A stretch of DNA of 57,602 bases, taken from the NCBI RefSeq assembly GCF_004010195.1, contig NC_057720.1, positions 9,965,796 to 10,023,397 on the forward strand, given 5' to 3'. The translations under genes and the position numbers were made by a program. Of the stretch, positions 24,723-37,599 are shown one piece after another. Under the pieces are notes generated by a model. It did not search any database and was not told the DNA's origin. It saw only the letters and a program-made list of their open reading frames with translations. Within the stretch, counting starts at the first letter, position 1. Every line of letters starts with the position of its first letter. This stretch comes from Chiloscyllium plagiosum (taxonomy: Eukaryota).

Positions 24723-25244
24723 NNNNNNNNNNNNNNNNNNNNNNNNNNNNNNNNNNNNNNNNNNNNNNNNNNNNNNNNNNNNNNNNNNNNNNNNNNNNNN
24801 NNNNNNNNNNNNNNNNNNNNNNNNNNNNNNNNNNNNNNNNNNNNNNNNNNNNNNNNNNNNNNNNNNNNNNNNNNNNNNNNNNNNNNNNNNNNNNNNNNNN
24901 NNNNNNNNNNNNNNNNNNNNNNNNNNNNNNNNNNNNNNNNNNNNNNNNNNNNNNNNNNNNNNNNNNNNNNNNNNNNNNNNNNNNNNNNNNNNNNNNNNNN
25001 NNNNNNNNNNNNNNNNNNNNNNNNNNNNNNNNNNNNNNNNNNNNNNNNNNNNNNNNNNNNNNNNNNNNNNNNNNNNNNNNNNNNNNNNNNNNNNNNNNNN
25101 NNNNNNNNNNNNNNNNNNNNNNNNNNNNNNNNNNNNNNNNNNNNNNNNNNNNNNNNNNNNNNNNNNNNNNNNNNNNNNNNNNNNNNNNNNNNNNNNNNNN
25201 NNNNNNNNNNNNNNNNNNNNNNAAATGAAGATAATGGTAAGCAC

Positions 25245-25339
25245 CTTAATCTCTTTTCCATCGAAGAAGAGATTTTTGAGACCAACTTCTGGTGCTTTGA
25301 TGGTCAGATCATTGTCACTTCTCTCAATGGCCAAGGATC
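25245..25339 (-). CDS. vtg: Vitellogenin VWD exon SLAIERSDNDLTIKAPEVGLKNLFFDGKEIK
   Basis: Acceptor ttttttttccag|GA, donor AAG|gtgctt (phase 1/0). AP..G...L.FDGK motif. Confidence 0.93.
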
Positions 25340-25831
25340 CTGGAAAAAAAAGTAACAATCACAGTTAGAGAGAATCAATCACAAGTTGATCAAACTTGAA
25401 GAGGAAGTTACAAATAAAAACAGAAGTTGCTGGAAAAGCTCAGCAGCTCTGGCAGCATCTGTGGCTAGAAATCAGAGTTAATGTTTCAGGTCTGTTGACT
25501 CTTCCCCAGTTCTGAGAAACATGAACTCTGATTTCTCTTCATAGATGCATCCAGACCTGCTGAGCTTTTCCAGAAACTTCTATTTTTGTTTCTGATTTAC
25601 GGCATCCGCAGAGCTTTTGGATTTTATTCAACATTTTTCTAAACTGCTTCCTGCTGGCCATCAGTTTGAGCCCTGAATTTGTGATTATTCAGATTAAAGT
25701 TTTATATTTTGCAATGCAAAGTAATTCATAATTTAGTTCTTCCACACTACGTTCCTTCTCTGCAACTCTTGAGGGCTTGGTGTGAAAGAAAGGCTTGCAA
25801 CATTGATCTTGAGAAAGTAATGTACTTGAAC

Positions 25832-25920
25832 CTGGAAGTGATAGGCTTTTGACCAACATCTTGGTTCCATTGATGAACAGTTGGATCTTTCCTGCTTTTG
25901 TCGACTGTATTTCTACTTGA
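25832..25920 (-). CDS. vtg: Vitellogenin VWD exon (S)QVEIQSTKAGKIQLFINGTKMLVKSLSLP
   Basis: Acceptor ccttttcttttgtaaaag|T. Donor is either CCA G|gttcaa (25832) or TCA A|gtacat (25826), both phase 1, so the 3' boundary is uncertain. Confidence 0.85.
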
Positions 25921-26008
25921 CTTTTACAAAAGAAAAGGACAGTACGTTAATCAGATGCGTAACCTCATTGAATGCTTCTCATGGGCTGAACACATGTATG
26001 TCCCTTAC

Positions 26009-26186
26009 CTGAAAGGTAAACTCAGCTGTACAATCAGTGATTCCGCACTGCGTCTTATCAGTACGATGAATTTCAGTTCAGGAGTACAATCTTGGACCAG
26101 TACATGAGCACAGCCTTCAGGCATTTCATACTCAAAACATTCCTTGTTAAATGGGGTGAATTGGTTTTGCAAGACCCTGCATTCAG
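26009..26186 (-). CDS. vtg: Vitellogenin VWD-domain exon (A)ECRVLQNQFTPFNKECFEYEMPEGCAHVLVQDCTPELKFIVLIRRSAESLIVQLSLPF
   Basis: Acceptor tttttctgtttcgcag|CT, donor TTC AG|gtaagg (phase 1/2). MP..C.H.LVQDC..ELKF signature. Confidence 0.96.
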
Positions 26187-28851
26187 CTGCGAAACAGAAA
26201 AAAACACAACAATCAGTTGCTTGGATTTCAGTAATAAACTGGTTTTGCGTTGTGGCGGTAGCGTTTATGAATCTTCTCAGAAAACAAGCAGTACACATTG
26301 AGGGCACTGGATTTAGTATTTATCCCTTTATCAGTGGCACTCCGAGCACCATCTGCAGAGTGCATTGGCTCCCCAGACTCACTCTGACTGAACATCCATC
26401 ACTCTGTGACTTCCACTGCTCAGAAAGGAAACAGTAAGAATGTTGTGGGAAAACCGTCTCCATTAAGGTACTCATTGAGTCACACAGACACAAACATACA
26501 TCACCATTTCTTCATCATCTCTGTGTCTATAATCTGGAAGTCCCTACCAAACCACAATGGGATCACCAGCTGCACAAAGACTCCATTGGATAGTGGGAAA
26601 ACCCGCTGTTGCTTTCTCAAGGTGTGCAATGATCATCCTAATGGCACCCAATTCAGGGGAGTGAATCTTGCAATAGGAAAGATTTCATTCTTCCCAATAT
26701 CTCTCACCACTTCTGCAAGAATTGATGACTGAGGTCAAGTTTCAAGGACAATTTTGGTAGCTCACCAAGTGGAAGCTCTTGTGTGAAGCCTCATCAGCTT
26801 GTGTTGCCTGGCCACTCAGTCTTGGGAAACATTTTTGCTTTCTTTTATTCAGTCATAGGGTGTGGGCAACACTGCCTTGGTCAGCATTTATTGCCCAGAG
26901 GGCAGTTAAGAGTCAACCGCATTGCTGTGGGTGGAGTCACATGAAGGCCAGACCAGGTAAGGGCAGCAGATTTCCTTTCCTAAAGGACATTAGTGAACCA
27001 GATGGGCTTTTCTTGACAATCAACAATGTTAAGAAATAGATTCTTAATTTCAGATTTTCAAAAATTGAATCCAAATTCCAGCATTTGCCATGGCAGGATT
27101 CAAATCCAGGTACACCAGAATACTGTCTGGGTCACTGGATTAACAGTACAACAATAATACCACTTGGCCTTCACATCCCCATCACATCACCTAATGGCAG
27201 ATTGACCTTCTTCCACACAAAACACACACACACACACACACTTAATCAGAACAGCTGTGATCTTTGACCTCAACTTCTCTCACTAACCTTATCTTCACAT
27301 CTCTTGATTCCCTCAGATTTTAAAATATCTGTCAATGTCAAGCTTCAATACATTCATTGATTGAGCATCCACATATCTTTGAAGTACAGAATTCCAGGAT
27401 GACCCCCAATTTCTGAAGCTGTGTTCCCCCAGTCCTCGACTCTCGACACAGAGCAAAGAGTCTCTCAATTTTTACTCTGTAAAAACCTCTCAGGATCCGA
27501 AATGCGCCACCATCTTCAGTCACTTCCCATAAGTCTGCAGAACTCAGGATGTTTCATAAAGAACTACTCCCATTTAGCTGATGCTTTCAATTTGCATTCA
27601 TCATTCTAACAGTGACAAACTTCTGGACCAGAATGTAAAACAAAAGTTACGAAGTTAAAAATCACTCCAGGTTATATTCCAAAAGGTTTATTTGGAAACA
27701 CTAGCTTTCGGAGCACTGCTCCTGCATCAGGTGGTTGGACTATAACCTAGCGTTGTGTGATTTTTAACTTTGTCCACCCTAGTCAACACTGGCTTCTCCA
27801 CATTATAAGTTCATTCCAGCAGATGAACTGGCCTCTGTTTTGTGCAGCTTGGAAAATCCATAGCAGATTAACTGTCAGGCAGAGGCCCAACATTGAATGC
27901 ACATTGAATCCTTAAAGAAGAATTCTAAAGTCAGTGTACACATACAACAGTACAGAGTTAAGAGCATGGGAACATAGGAACAGAAGTAGGCCATTCAGCC
28001 CCTTGAGCCTGTTCCACTATTCAATGAGACCATGGATGGTCTGTGGCCTAACTCCATAAATCTGCCTTTGGCCCATATCCCTTAATACCTTTGCTTAACA
28101 AAACTTTATCTATCTCAGATTTAAAATTAACAATGGATGCAACATCCACTGCCCCTTGTGAAGGAGAGTTCCCAACATCTGCCACTCTTGGTGTGTAGAA
28201 ATGCTTCCCAACAATTTAGATAATATAATCTAAATTAATAATAGGATAACATTTAGACAATAAAAGGATAGGAGGAATAGTGTTTTTACACAGAGAGTGG
28301 TTCATGTGTGGAATAAACTTCCAGAGAAAGTGATGGCTGCAGGTACAGTTACAACATTTAAAAGACTTTTGGATGAATTAATGAATAAGAAATGTTTGGA
28401 GGGATATGGGCCAAGCACAGGCAGGTGGGACTGGTTTAGTTTTGGAACATGGTCAACAGGTCTTTTCCCTGGGTTGGGGGAGTCCAGAACTAGAGGGCAT
28501 AAGTTTAGGGTAAGAGGGGAAAGATTTAAAAGGGACCTAAGAGGCAACATTTAACACAAAGGGTGATGCATGTATGGAATGAGCTGCCTGAGGAAGTGGT
28601 GGAGGCTGGTACAATTACAACATTTGAAAGGCATCTGGAAGGGTTTAATGGGATATGGGCCAAGTGCTGGCAAATGGAAAGCAGATTTATTTAGGATAGC
28701 TGGTTGGCATATCTGGTTGGACCAAGGGTCTGTTTCTGCCCTGCATGACTCCATGACTCTATTTCAGTTGAGAATTCCATTTTACTTGTTATTTCACAGA
28801 CTGAGGTCTAACAAAATAAGATGCAAAAGTAGAGAGAATAAAATAATGTAC

Positions 28852-28981
28852 CTGTAGATGTTGGTGAAACCATAGCTGGTAAATCAGCAAGGACAAGCAA
28901 TCCTCTTTGCTGTACTGAGGGAGAGTTCACATCGAAAGGTAATGGTGCTGGGATGAGAAGGTTTCTGCGATTGAAGACATG
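28852..28981 (-). CDS. vtg: Vitellogenin exon HVFNRRNLLIPAPLPFDVNSPSVQQRGLLVLADLPAMVSPTST
   Basis: Acceptor tttctttttctattcag|CAT, donor ACA G|gtacat (phase 0/1). Pro-rich end of the light chain; phases fit both neighbours. Confidence 0.9.
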
Positions 28982-30465
28982 CTGAATAGAAAAAGAAACA
29001 GCATCATGTTAGACTGAAAACAAAATTTGCTGGAGATCACAGAGGGTCAGGCAGCATCTGTGGAGAGAGCTAACATTTCAAGTTTAGGTGACTGTTCATC
29101 AGAGATGACATGAAGTAGTGGGTTTGATTTAAAACACTGAGGGTGAATTTGTCTCCAACTAAATCCTAAACCTGCTCATAATAAGTGGATTCAAGGTTTC
29201 TGCAAATTTTTTTATTCATTCACAGGATGAGGGTGTCACTGGCTAGGCAAGCATTTATTGTCCATCCCTAATTGCCCAGAGGGCAGTCAAGAGTCAACCA
29301 CATTGCTGTAGACCAGACCAGGTAAGGATGACAGTTTCCTTCCTTAAAGGACATTAGTGAACCAGATGGGTTTTTCCAACAATGGAATCCTGGTCATCAT
29401 TACCCTCATAATTCCAGATTTTTAAAAGCAATTCAATTCATCTGCCATGGTGGGATTCAAACCTGGGTCCCCAGAACATTATTTGGGTTTCTAGATTAAC
29501 AGACCAGCAAAAACACCACTAGGCCATCACCTCACCCAAGCAGAGAGGAAATCCTATTACTATGAAATATCATTGCAGTGCAGTCTTGCTCATTGTGTTT
29601 CTTCAGTACGAGCTCAGGTCTCCCAATCCATGACTTAACAAAGGAAAGCCAGCCAGGATTCCCACTCCTAATTACCTTCGTGTTATGATTCCATATGATG
29701 GTCCCAGCAGGTAAGAAGAGAGAGGCGTGTATGTTTTCAACTCCTTTTCATGTCCCCAGGACATCCCAAGATCATTGATGAAGTGGACGTGTGTTTGTGA
29801 GAATAGTGAACAGCAGGATCATAAGAACAAAGAAGCAACGTGATTGCGGCCAGATACAGAGATTTTCAGTGAAGTTGTTTGAGGGGTATATGTTGAGTGG
29901 GACACCAATGGAAATTTCTTTCCCCTTTCTTTCTATTGTATCTTTGATATCTGCTGAGAAGGTGTTTCATTTTAATCTGAGGAACACCCCACCCAATGAC
30001 ATAGAACATAGAACAGTACAGCACAGGAACAGGCCCTTCAGCCCCCGATGTTGTGCCAAACATGATGCTAAATCAAACTAGACCCTTCTGCCTGCCCTTG
30101 GTCCATATCCCTCTATTCCTTGCATATTCATGCTCTTGTCTAAAAGCCCCTTAAAAGCCCCTATCGTATCTGCCTCCACCACCACCCCTAGCAGCGCAGT
30201 CCCCACTCCTACCACTCTCTGTATAAAAAAAACTCACCCCTCACATCTCTTAATCTTCCCCCTCTCACCTTCAATGCATACCCCCTAGTTGTAGATGCAT
30301 AGGCCTAGCACTCTCACAGTTTCAAACTCATGAGGGGGTCTGCACAAAGCTGGTTGGGAGATACTCTGACCGCTCGCGAATTGATCAAAGACAAGCTATA
30401 AAGTATTTGGTGAACGAAGCAAAGGTGTAATGTGGAGAAACTTTTGCACACAGTGAGTGGTGAGG

Positions 30466-30753
30466 TACCTGCCAATCTTCCTTCCCACCTATCCACTCCA
30501 TCCTCCTCTCTGACCTATCACCTTCAACCCCACCCCCATCCACCTATTGTATTCTTTGCTACCTTCTCCCCAGCACCACCCCCTCTGATTTATCTCTCCA
30601 CCCTGGAGGCTCCCTGCCTTTATTCCTGATGAAGGGCTTTTGCCTGAAACGTAGATTTTCCTGCTCATCGAATGCTGTCTGACCTGCTGTGCTTTTCCAG
30701 CACCTCTCTAGTCTAGATGCTGATTTCCAGCATCTGCAGTCCTCACTTTCGCC
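30466..30753 (+). mobile_element. Penelope-like pLTR insertion with 11-bp TSD GAGTGGTGAGG
   Basis: Direct repeats at 30455-30465 and 30754-30764; contains the hammerhead motif at 30626-30653. Confidence 0.85.
30626..30653 (+). ncRNA. Minimal hammerhead ribozyme motif (GUA triplet)
   Basis: CUGAUGA-A-GGGC UUUU GCCU-GAAA-CG-UA. Confidence 0.6.
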
Positions 30754-31641
30754 GAGTGGTGAGGCTGGTCTGGCTGCGAATGTGCTGGAGGAGGATGGCA
30801 TAAGAGGTTACTGCAGCTGACACCTCATTGTGCCAGGATCTTCCATAGTTAGGGTGACTGGCACCAATTCCCCTTGTAGTATTAATATAGGGCCCGTAGA
30901 GGCACAAGAATAACTTGAGTAACAAGAGGTGGCTTATTATAGAGTAAAGTAATAATGGGTTACATTAGCTTAAGATTGGTTAACAACCCTACACTGATAT
31001 AAAAAAGAGGGTCTCTCCAACTAGCAACCAGGCTAACCACGTGAATAACCATCAGCAGTAATGGGAAGGTGAACAGACTGGAATAAGACTTACAGACAAT
31101 GAGAACTGTCTAGCTCCTCCTAGAGACTCTCATATCAGAGGGTGGAGTTATGCAAAGTTTTTGGAGTTAACCCATTCAGGTCAATCTCCTCATACAACAG
31201 TATATTCAATTAAGACAGTGAAAAGGGAATTAGATTCTGATTGGTAAAGGATTACAGGGAGAAGGTCAGAGAGTGGCACCCACTGCATTGTTCATCTAAA
31301 GAGCCAGTGCAAACACAATGGGTCGAATGGCCTCCTTCTAATGATGATCACTGGAACATACAATTGAACATTGAACAGTACAGCACTGAAACAAGCCCTT
31401 TGGCCCACCATGTCTATGCTGATCATGATGCCATTCTAAACTAATCCCATCCACCTACACATGGTCAGCATCCTGCTATTATTTGCCTGTTCATGTGTCT
31501 GTCTAAATGCATCTTAAAGGTTAAGATTGCATCTGCTTCTCCCACCTCTCCTGGCAGTGTGCTCGAAGCAGATACGATAGCAACTTTTAAGATGCTTTTG
31601 GTCAGACAATTGGACATTACGAGGGCTATGCTAGATTGTGC

Positions 31642-32447
31642 ATTACACTTTCATGGGCAGAAATCAAACCAATCACCTTTTTCCTCAGCACTGAGTCACA
31701 GTTAAAGATGAGGTTTAAGGTTTGATCCCAGGTCACCCTTGCTTACTCTGAGTACTATTGGGCACTACAATTGGTTTCAGGAACCATCTTTCAAGAAAGG
31801 AAAGATTTGCTCCCAGTGGAATGGTGTCCATTTGACCAGGCAAAAGCAACAGTGTGTTCTGTCAACCCTCAGATAGGTATAACACCTGAAAACAGTATGA
31901 GTCATTCACCATGAATGGTTCCTGGCAGAAGCTCCGGCATTTTAAAAAAATCATTCACAGGATGAGGGTGTTGCTGGCTGGACCAACATTTATTGCCCAT
32001 CTCTAATTGCAGTTATGAGCCAATCCTGAAGAAGGGCCTGTGCCCGAAACGTCGAATCTCCTGATTACACTTTCATGGGCAGAAATCAAACCAATCACCT
32101 TTTTCCTCAGCACTGAGTCACAGTTAAAGATGAGGTTTAAGGTTTGATCCCAGGTCACCCTTGCTTACTCTGAGTACTATTGGGCACTACAATTGGTTTC
32201 AGGAACCATCTTTCAAGAAAGGAAAGCTTTGCTCCCAGTGGAATGGTGTCCATTTGACCAGGCAAAAGCAACAGTGTGTTCTGTCAACCCTCTGATAGGT
32301 ATAACACCTGAAAACAGTATGAGTCATTCATCATGAATGGCTCCTGGCAGAAGCTCTGGAATTTTAAAAAAATCATTCACAGAATGAGGGTGTTGCTGGC
32401 TGGACCAACATTTATTGCCCATCTCTAATTGCAGTTATGAGCCAATC
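31642..32447. repeat. 384-bp direct duplication (31642-32025 and 32064-32447) separated by a 38-bp hammerhead-containing insert
   Basis: The copies align without gaps, with 7 substitutions by manual count. Confidence 0.95.
32026..32053 (+). ncRNA. Minimal type I hammerhead ribozyme motif, consensus-intact
   Basis: CUGAAGA-A-GGGC CUGU GCCC-GAAA-CG-UC. Confidence 0.75.
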
Positions 32448-32866
32448 ACATAGCTGTGGGTCAGGAGTCATGTGGACTACATAAGGATAGTGGTTTCCAG
32501 CCGTAAAGGACATTAGTGAACAATAAGGGTTTTTCCGGACAATCGTTTTATGGTCAACATTAGACTCGATGTGGAGCAGCTGGTGTTGGACTGGGGTGGA
32601 CCAAGTTAAAAATCACACAACACCAGGTTTATTTGAAAGCACTAGCTTATGGAGTGCTGCTCCTTCATCAAATAAAGCTGTTAGGCTATAACCTGGTGTA
32701 GTGCGATTTTTAACATTAAACTCCTAATTTCAGCTTATTTTAAATTGAATCCAAATTCTACCACCTGTTGTCCCAGGATTGACAGTCCAGTGATAATGCC
32801 AGTAGGCCAGCTGCTCCCCATAGTGTAGCAATCCTACAGAAACAATGTTAGTGAATTGGGAAATAC

Positions 32867-33005
32867 CTTTGGAGTTCGCACTACCACATCCAGCGTTCGC
32901 TGAGATGTTGCTGCCATGATCACCGAAAGCCGATGAGCGCGACTCCTTTGATGTCTCTCAGAGAATCCAAATAGGAAGGCGATTCCTGCGAGCTGGTCAG
33001 CCAGG
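32867..33005 (-). CDS. vtg: Vitellogenin exon (I)LADQLAGIAFLFGFSERHQRSRAHRLSVIMAATSQRTLDVVVRTPK
   Basis: Acceptor cttcccttgcag|C, donor AAG|gtattt (phase 2/0). G.AF..GFSER...TS.RT.DVVV motif. Not in the supplied ORF track. Confidence 0.95.
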
Positions 33006-33103
33006 CTGCAAGGGAAGTCAGGGGAGTTAATCTTCTGCTCATTGCTCTGAGTACACAGGAATGAAGTGGTAATTGGCAGTTAGCTCAGTATACTGGCTCC
33101 TAC

Positions 33104-33246
33104 ATGTTTGCGGTTTCTTTCAGGTTTTGAGGTATTATGTCCCATTGTGCTTTAACCATTACTGCGGGATGGTGTTCAAAACGGCCTGTAGATGCTTTGG
33201 CCGCAATCTTGTAGTCTTGGCAATTTTTGCCCCATTTCAATGATGC
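33104..33246 (-). CDS. vtg: Vitellogenin exon ASLKWGKNCQDYKIAAKASTGRFEHHPAVMVKAQWDIIPQNLKETAN
   Basis: Acceptor aaatttcag|GCA, donor AAC AT|gtagga (phase 0/2). Conserved KWGxxCxDYK...TGRF..HPA...W motif. Confidence 0.95.
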
Positions 33247-34507
33247 CTGAAATTTTACAGATTCAGAAATGTTATTGCAATTCATCAAATGCAGCAAAAT
33301 TATTAAAAGGCTTTTTTACATTGTGGAGCACCCTGTCCCATCTCCCAGAAACATCAAATTTGTGATTGAAGAGTAGCTTGATATGTGACAGAGGCAAAAT
33401 CCTCTCATATATTAAAGTTGAACTTTCTCTGATCTTCTGTGTAGCTGTAACACTATATTCTGCATTGTGTTCTGTACCCTCTTTGTTTTAATTAAGGACA
33501 GCAACCTCCCTCCAACAATTGACAATGGTCTCATAGACTTCAGTTCCAGATTGTTAAAATTGAATTCAAACTCCACCGTCCACCATGGTGGGACTCAAAC
33601 CCAGGTCACTGCGGTATTGTGAATGCCTGCACCCTATCCAGGCAAATCATACTTTACATAAATACATCAGGATAATAGAACTGAGTTATGATTCAAATTC
33701 TTGGTAAGCAAAGGCATGAGGGAATATTGGAGGTAGGTGGGAAAATGGGTTTTAGATTACAGCCATGATCTTATTAAATAGCAGGGCACTATCAAGGAGC
33801 TAAATGGCCTAATTCTGCTCCTTTTTTGTGTACATGCATGGTAGCACAGAAGGAGATAATTTGGCCTATTGAACCCAAGATAGTTCTCTGTAAAGAAACA
33901 AATAAGCCCCATTGACTGCTCCAACTCTATGCCCTGCAGGCTTAGTTGTGAGCATCTATTCAAATTCCTTTTGAAATTAAAATGCTGATAAGTCTCCAAG
34001 AGTGGAAAATAACTCAGCCACCTAGGCTCCTCTGCCAACACCTTCTAAACCCATGGCCCCTACCATCTAGCAGCACATGGGCAGCAGAGAAATGGGAACA
34101 CCATCATCTGCAAGCTTCCCCTCCAAAGCTACACACCATCCTGACATAGAAATATATCGTTGCTCATTCAGAGTCACTGGGTCAATATTCTGGCACCCCC
34201 TCCCTATGGATATTATTACATCCCCATGAACTGCAAGGCTTAAGAAGGCAGCTCACCACCACCATCTGGTGGGGCAATAAACAGTAGCCCTACCAGAGAT
34301 GAGACTGAGGTGACAGGGACATCAGGCTGAGCTATTCCTTTGGATGAAAAAGTTTTTTGTTACTTTTGTCAAGAAATTACAACTGAGTCATTACTGCTTT
34401 ATTCTAGATGCACAATCATTGTCTATAACAGTGCTCATAATGAATAGGAAGGGTTTAGAGGGATATGGGTCAAATGCAGGCAAAGTAGGAGCAGACAGTT
34501 TAGGATA

Positions 34508-36772
34508 CAATAGACAATAGACAATAGGTGCAAGAGTAGGCCATTCTGCCCTTCGAGCCTGCACCACCATTCAATATGATCATGGCTGATCATCCTTAAT
34601 CAGTATCCTGTTCCTGCCTTATCTCCATAACCCTTGATTCCACTATCCTTGAGAGCTCTATCCAACTCTTTCTTAAATGAATCCAGAGACTGGGCCTCCA
34701 CTGCCCTCTGAGGCAGAGCATTCCGCACAGCCACCACTCTCTGGGTGAAGAAGTTTCTCCTCATCTCTGTCCTAAATGGTCTACCCAATATTTTTAAGCT
34801 GTGTATCCAGTGTCCAATCCTTTAATAATCTTATATGTCTCAGTCTTCTAAACTCAAGGGTATACAAGCCCAGTCACTCCAGTCTTTCAGTGTAAGGTAA
34901 TCCCGCCATTCCAGGAATTGACTCGTGAACCTACACAGCACTCCCTCAATAGCCAGAATGTCTTTCCTCAAATTTGGAGACCAGAACTGCACACAGTACT
35001 CCAGGTGTGGTCTCACCAGGGCCCTGTACAGCTGCAGAAGAACCTCTTTGCTTCTATACTCAATCCCTCTTGTTATGAAGGCCAGCATGCTATTAGCCTT
35101 CTTCACTACCTGCTGTACCTGCATGCTTACCTTCATTGACTGGTGTACAAGAACACCCACATCACTCTGTACTGCCCCTTTACCTAAATTGATTCCATTT
35201 AGGTAGTAATCTGCCTTCCTGTTCTTGCCACCAAAGTGGATAACCATACATTTATCCACATTAAACTGCATCTGCCATGCATCTGACCATGGCAGATCAC
35301 CCTGTAATCTCCTAACATCCTCCTCACATTTCACCCTGCCATCCAGCTTAGTATCATCAGCAAATTTGCTAATGTTATTGCTAACACCATCTTCTATATC
35401 ATTAATACATATTGTAAAAAGCTGCGGTCCCAGTACTGATCCCTGCGGTACCCCACTGGTCACTGCCTGCCATTCCGAAATGGAGCCATTTATCACTACT
35501 CTTTGTTTCCTGTCAGCCAACCAACTTTCAATCCAAGTTAGTACTTTGCCCCCAATACCATGCGCCCTAATTTTGCTCACTAATCTCCTATGTGGGACTT
35601 TATCAAAAGCTTTCTGAATGTCCAGGTACACTACATCTACGGATCTCCCTCGTTCATCTTCAGAGTTACATCATCAAAAAACTCCAGAAGATTAGTCAAG
35701 CATGATTTCCCCTTCATAAATCCATGCTGACTCTGACCTATCCTGTTACTACTATCCAGATGTGTCGTAATTTCATTCTTTATAATAGACTCAAGCATCT
35801 TTCCCACCACTGAGGTCAGACTAACTGGTCTATAATTTCTGGCTTTCTCTCTCCCACCCCTTTCTTAAAAAGTGGTACAACATTAGCCACCCTCCAATCC
35901 GCACAAACTGATCCTGAATCTATCGAACTCTGGAAAATAATTACCAACGCGTTCACGATTTCTCGAACCACCTCCTTCAGTACCCTGGGATGTAGACCAT
36001 CAGGCCCCGGGGACTTATCAACCTTCAGACCTAACAGTCTCTCCAACACCAATTCCTGGCAAATATAAATTCCCTTAAGTTCAGGTCCTTCAGCCACTGT
36101 TACCTCAGGGAGATTGCTTGTGTCTTCCCCAGTGAACACAGATCTGAAGTATCAATTCAATTCTTCTGCCATTTCTTTGTTCCCCGTAATATATTCCCCT
36201 GTCTTCAAGGGCCCAATTTTAGTCTTAACCATTTTTTTGCCTTTCACATATCTAAAAGAGCTTTTACTATCCTCCTTTACATTTTTGGCCAGTTTACCTT
36301 CGTACCTCATTTTTTCTCTGCGTATTTTCTTCATAGTAATCCTCTGTTGTTCTTTAAAAGCTTCCCAGTCCTCCGTTTTCCCACTTATCTTTGCTATGTT
36401 ATACTTTTTCTCTTTTAACTTTATATGTTTCTTAACTTCCCTCGTCAGCCACGGCCACCCATGCCTCCTCCTAGGATCTTTCTTCCTTTTTGGAGTGAAC
36501 TGATCCTGCATCTTCTGCATTATACATAGAAATATCTGCCATTGTTCCTCCACTGTCATCCCTGCTAAGGTATTGCACCATTGAACTTTGGCCAGCTCCT
36601 TCCTCATAGCTCCATAGTTCCCTTTATTCAACAGAAATATTGTCACTTCCGATTGTACCCTCTCCCTCTCAAATTGCAGATTGAAGCTTATTGTATTATG
36701 GTCACTAGCTCCTAATGGTTCCTTCACTTCGAGATCCCTGATCAATTCTGGTTCGTTGCACAATACCAGATA
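34508..36772 (-). mobile_element. CR1 LINE, 5'-truncated, relatively well preserved ORF2 with a (CTATTGT)n tail
   Basis: ORFs 36152..36784, 35816..36139 (KSPGPDGLHPRVLKE), 34840..35631 (GVPQGSVLGP, SKFADD) and 34600..34788. Confidence 0.93.
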
Positions 36773-37599
36773 TCTGGTTGGCATGGGTGAGTTGGACCGA
36801 AGGCTGTTTGACTCTACCAGTACATAATAAACCTGAAGACCACCCTATGAACAATAAACTATTTCTGATGATTCTGCATCCTGCTTTGAGCCACAATGTT
36901 GGTTATTCCATTTCAAAAGTGAGGATATTATTTCAGAAAGTTTACAGAGGAGTAACAAATTATTCTTGAGTTTAGCAGGCTTAGTTCAGAAAATAGGCTC
37001 AAGTGTCAGTTTAGTTTTACTGAACCAAAGGGACATTTGGTCACACATTGGAGACAGCACAGATGTAGTCTATTTGATTAATTTCCACTGGAGCTGCCAA
37101 TCCTCCCCAATCCTCGATCCCATAGAATCGTCAACATAGAAACTGCTTAGACTGTGTGACTGGAAAGACAACTCAGCAATGATGAACAAGGATCGGAATC
37201 AGGAATGTATTTCAGAGAGGTTAGAGGGACAAGTCATATCAGAAAGATTTGCTGAACTCTGTTGCAGAAAGATCTGCAGCTTTGTTAAATCTTGTTGTAA
37301 GATCAGATCTGGCCTCAGGTGAGTGAACAGTAACATGCTTTATAAAACATTACCATATACAGGGGGTGGGGAAAGATGACATCTTCTGGACATCGATAGT
37401 TTCAGGTTACGGTTCTGTGACAATCAGATGTTACTATGACATAGCTACTTACACACATGCTCAATAGCTATTCTTAGATTAAAAGTATATTCAAACCTTT
37501 ACTTCACCATGCTCAGTGACCTCCATCAGAAGAAATGATTCCAGTTTCTTTTAACAGGTTCTGACTCATCCTGAGCTGCCGATATCCTTTTCTTGCACT

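Noticed and set aside
34508..36772. Active CR1 element or domesticated RT gene
   Set aside because: ORF2 is split by frameshifts and deletions and is 5'-truncated; it is an ordinary dead copy.
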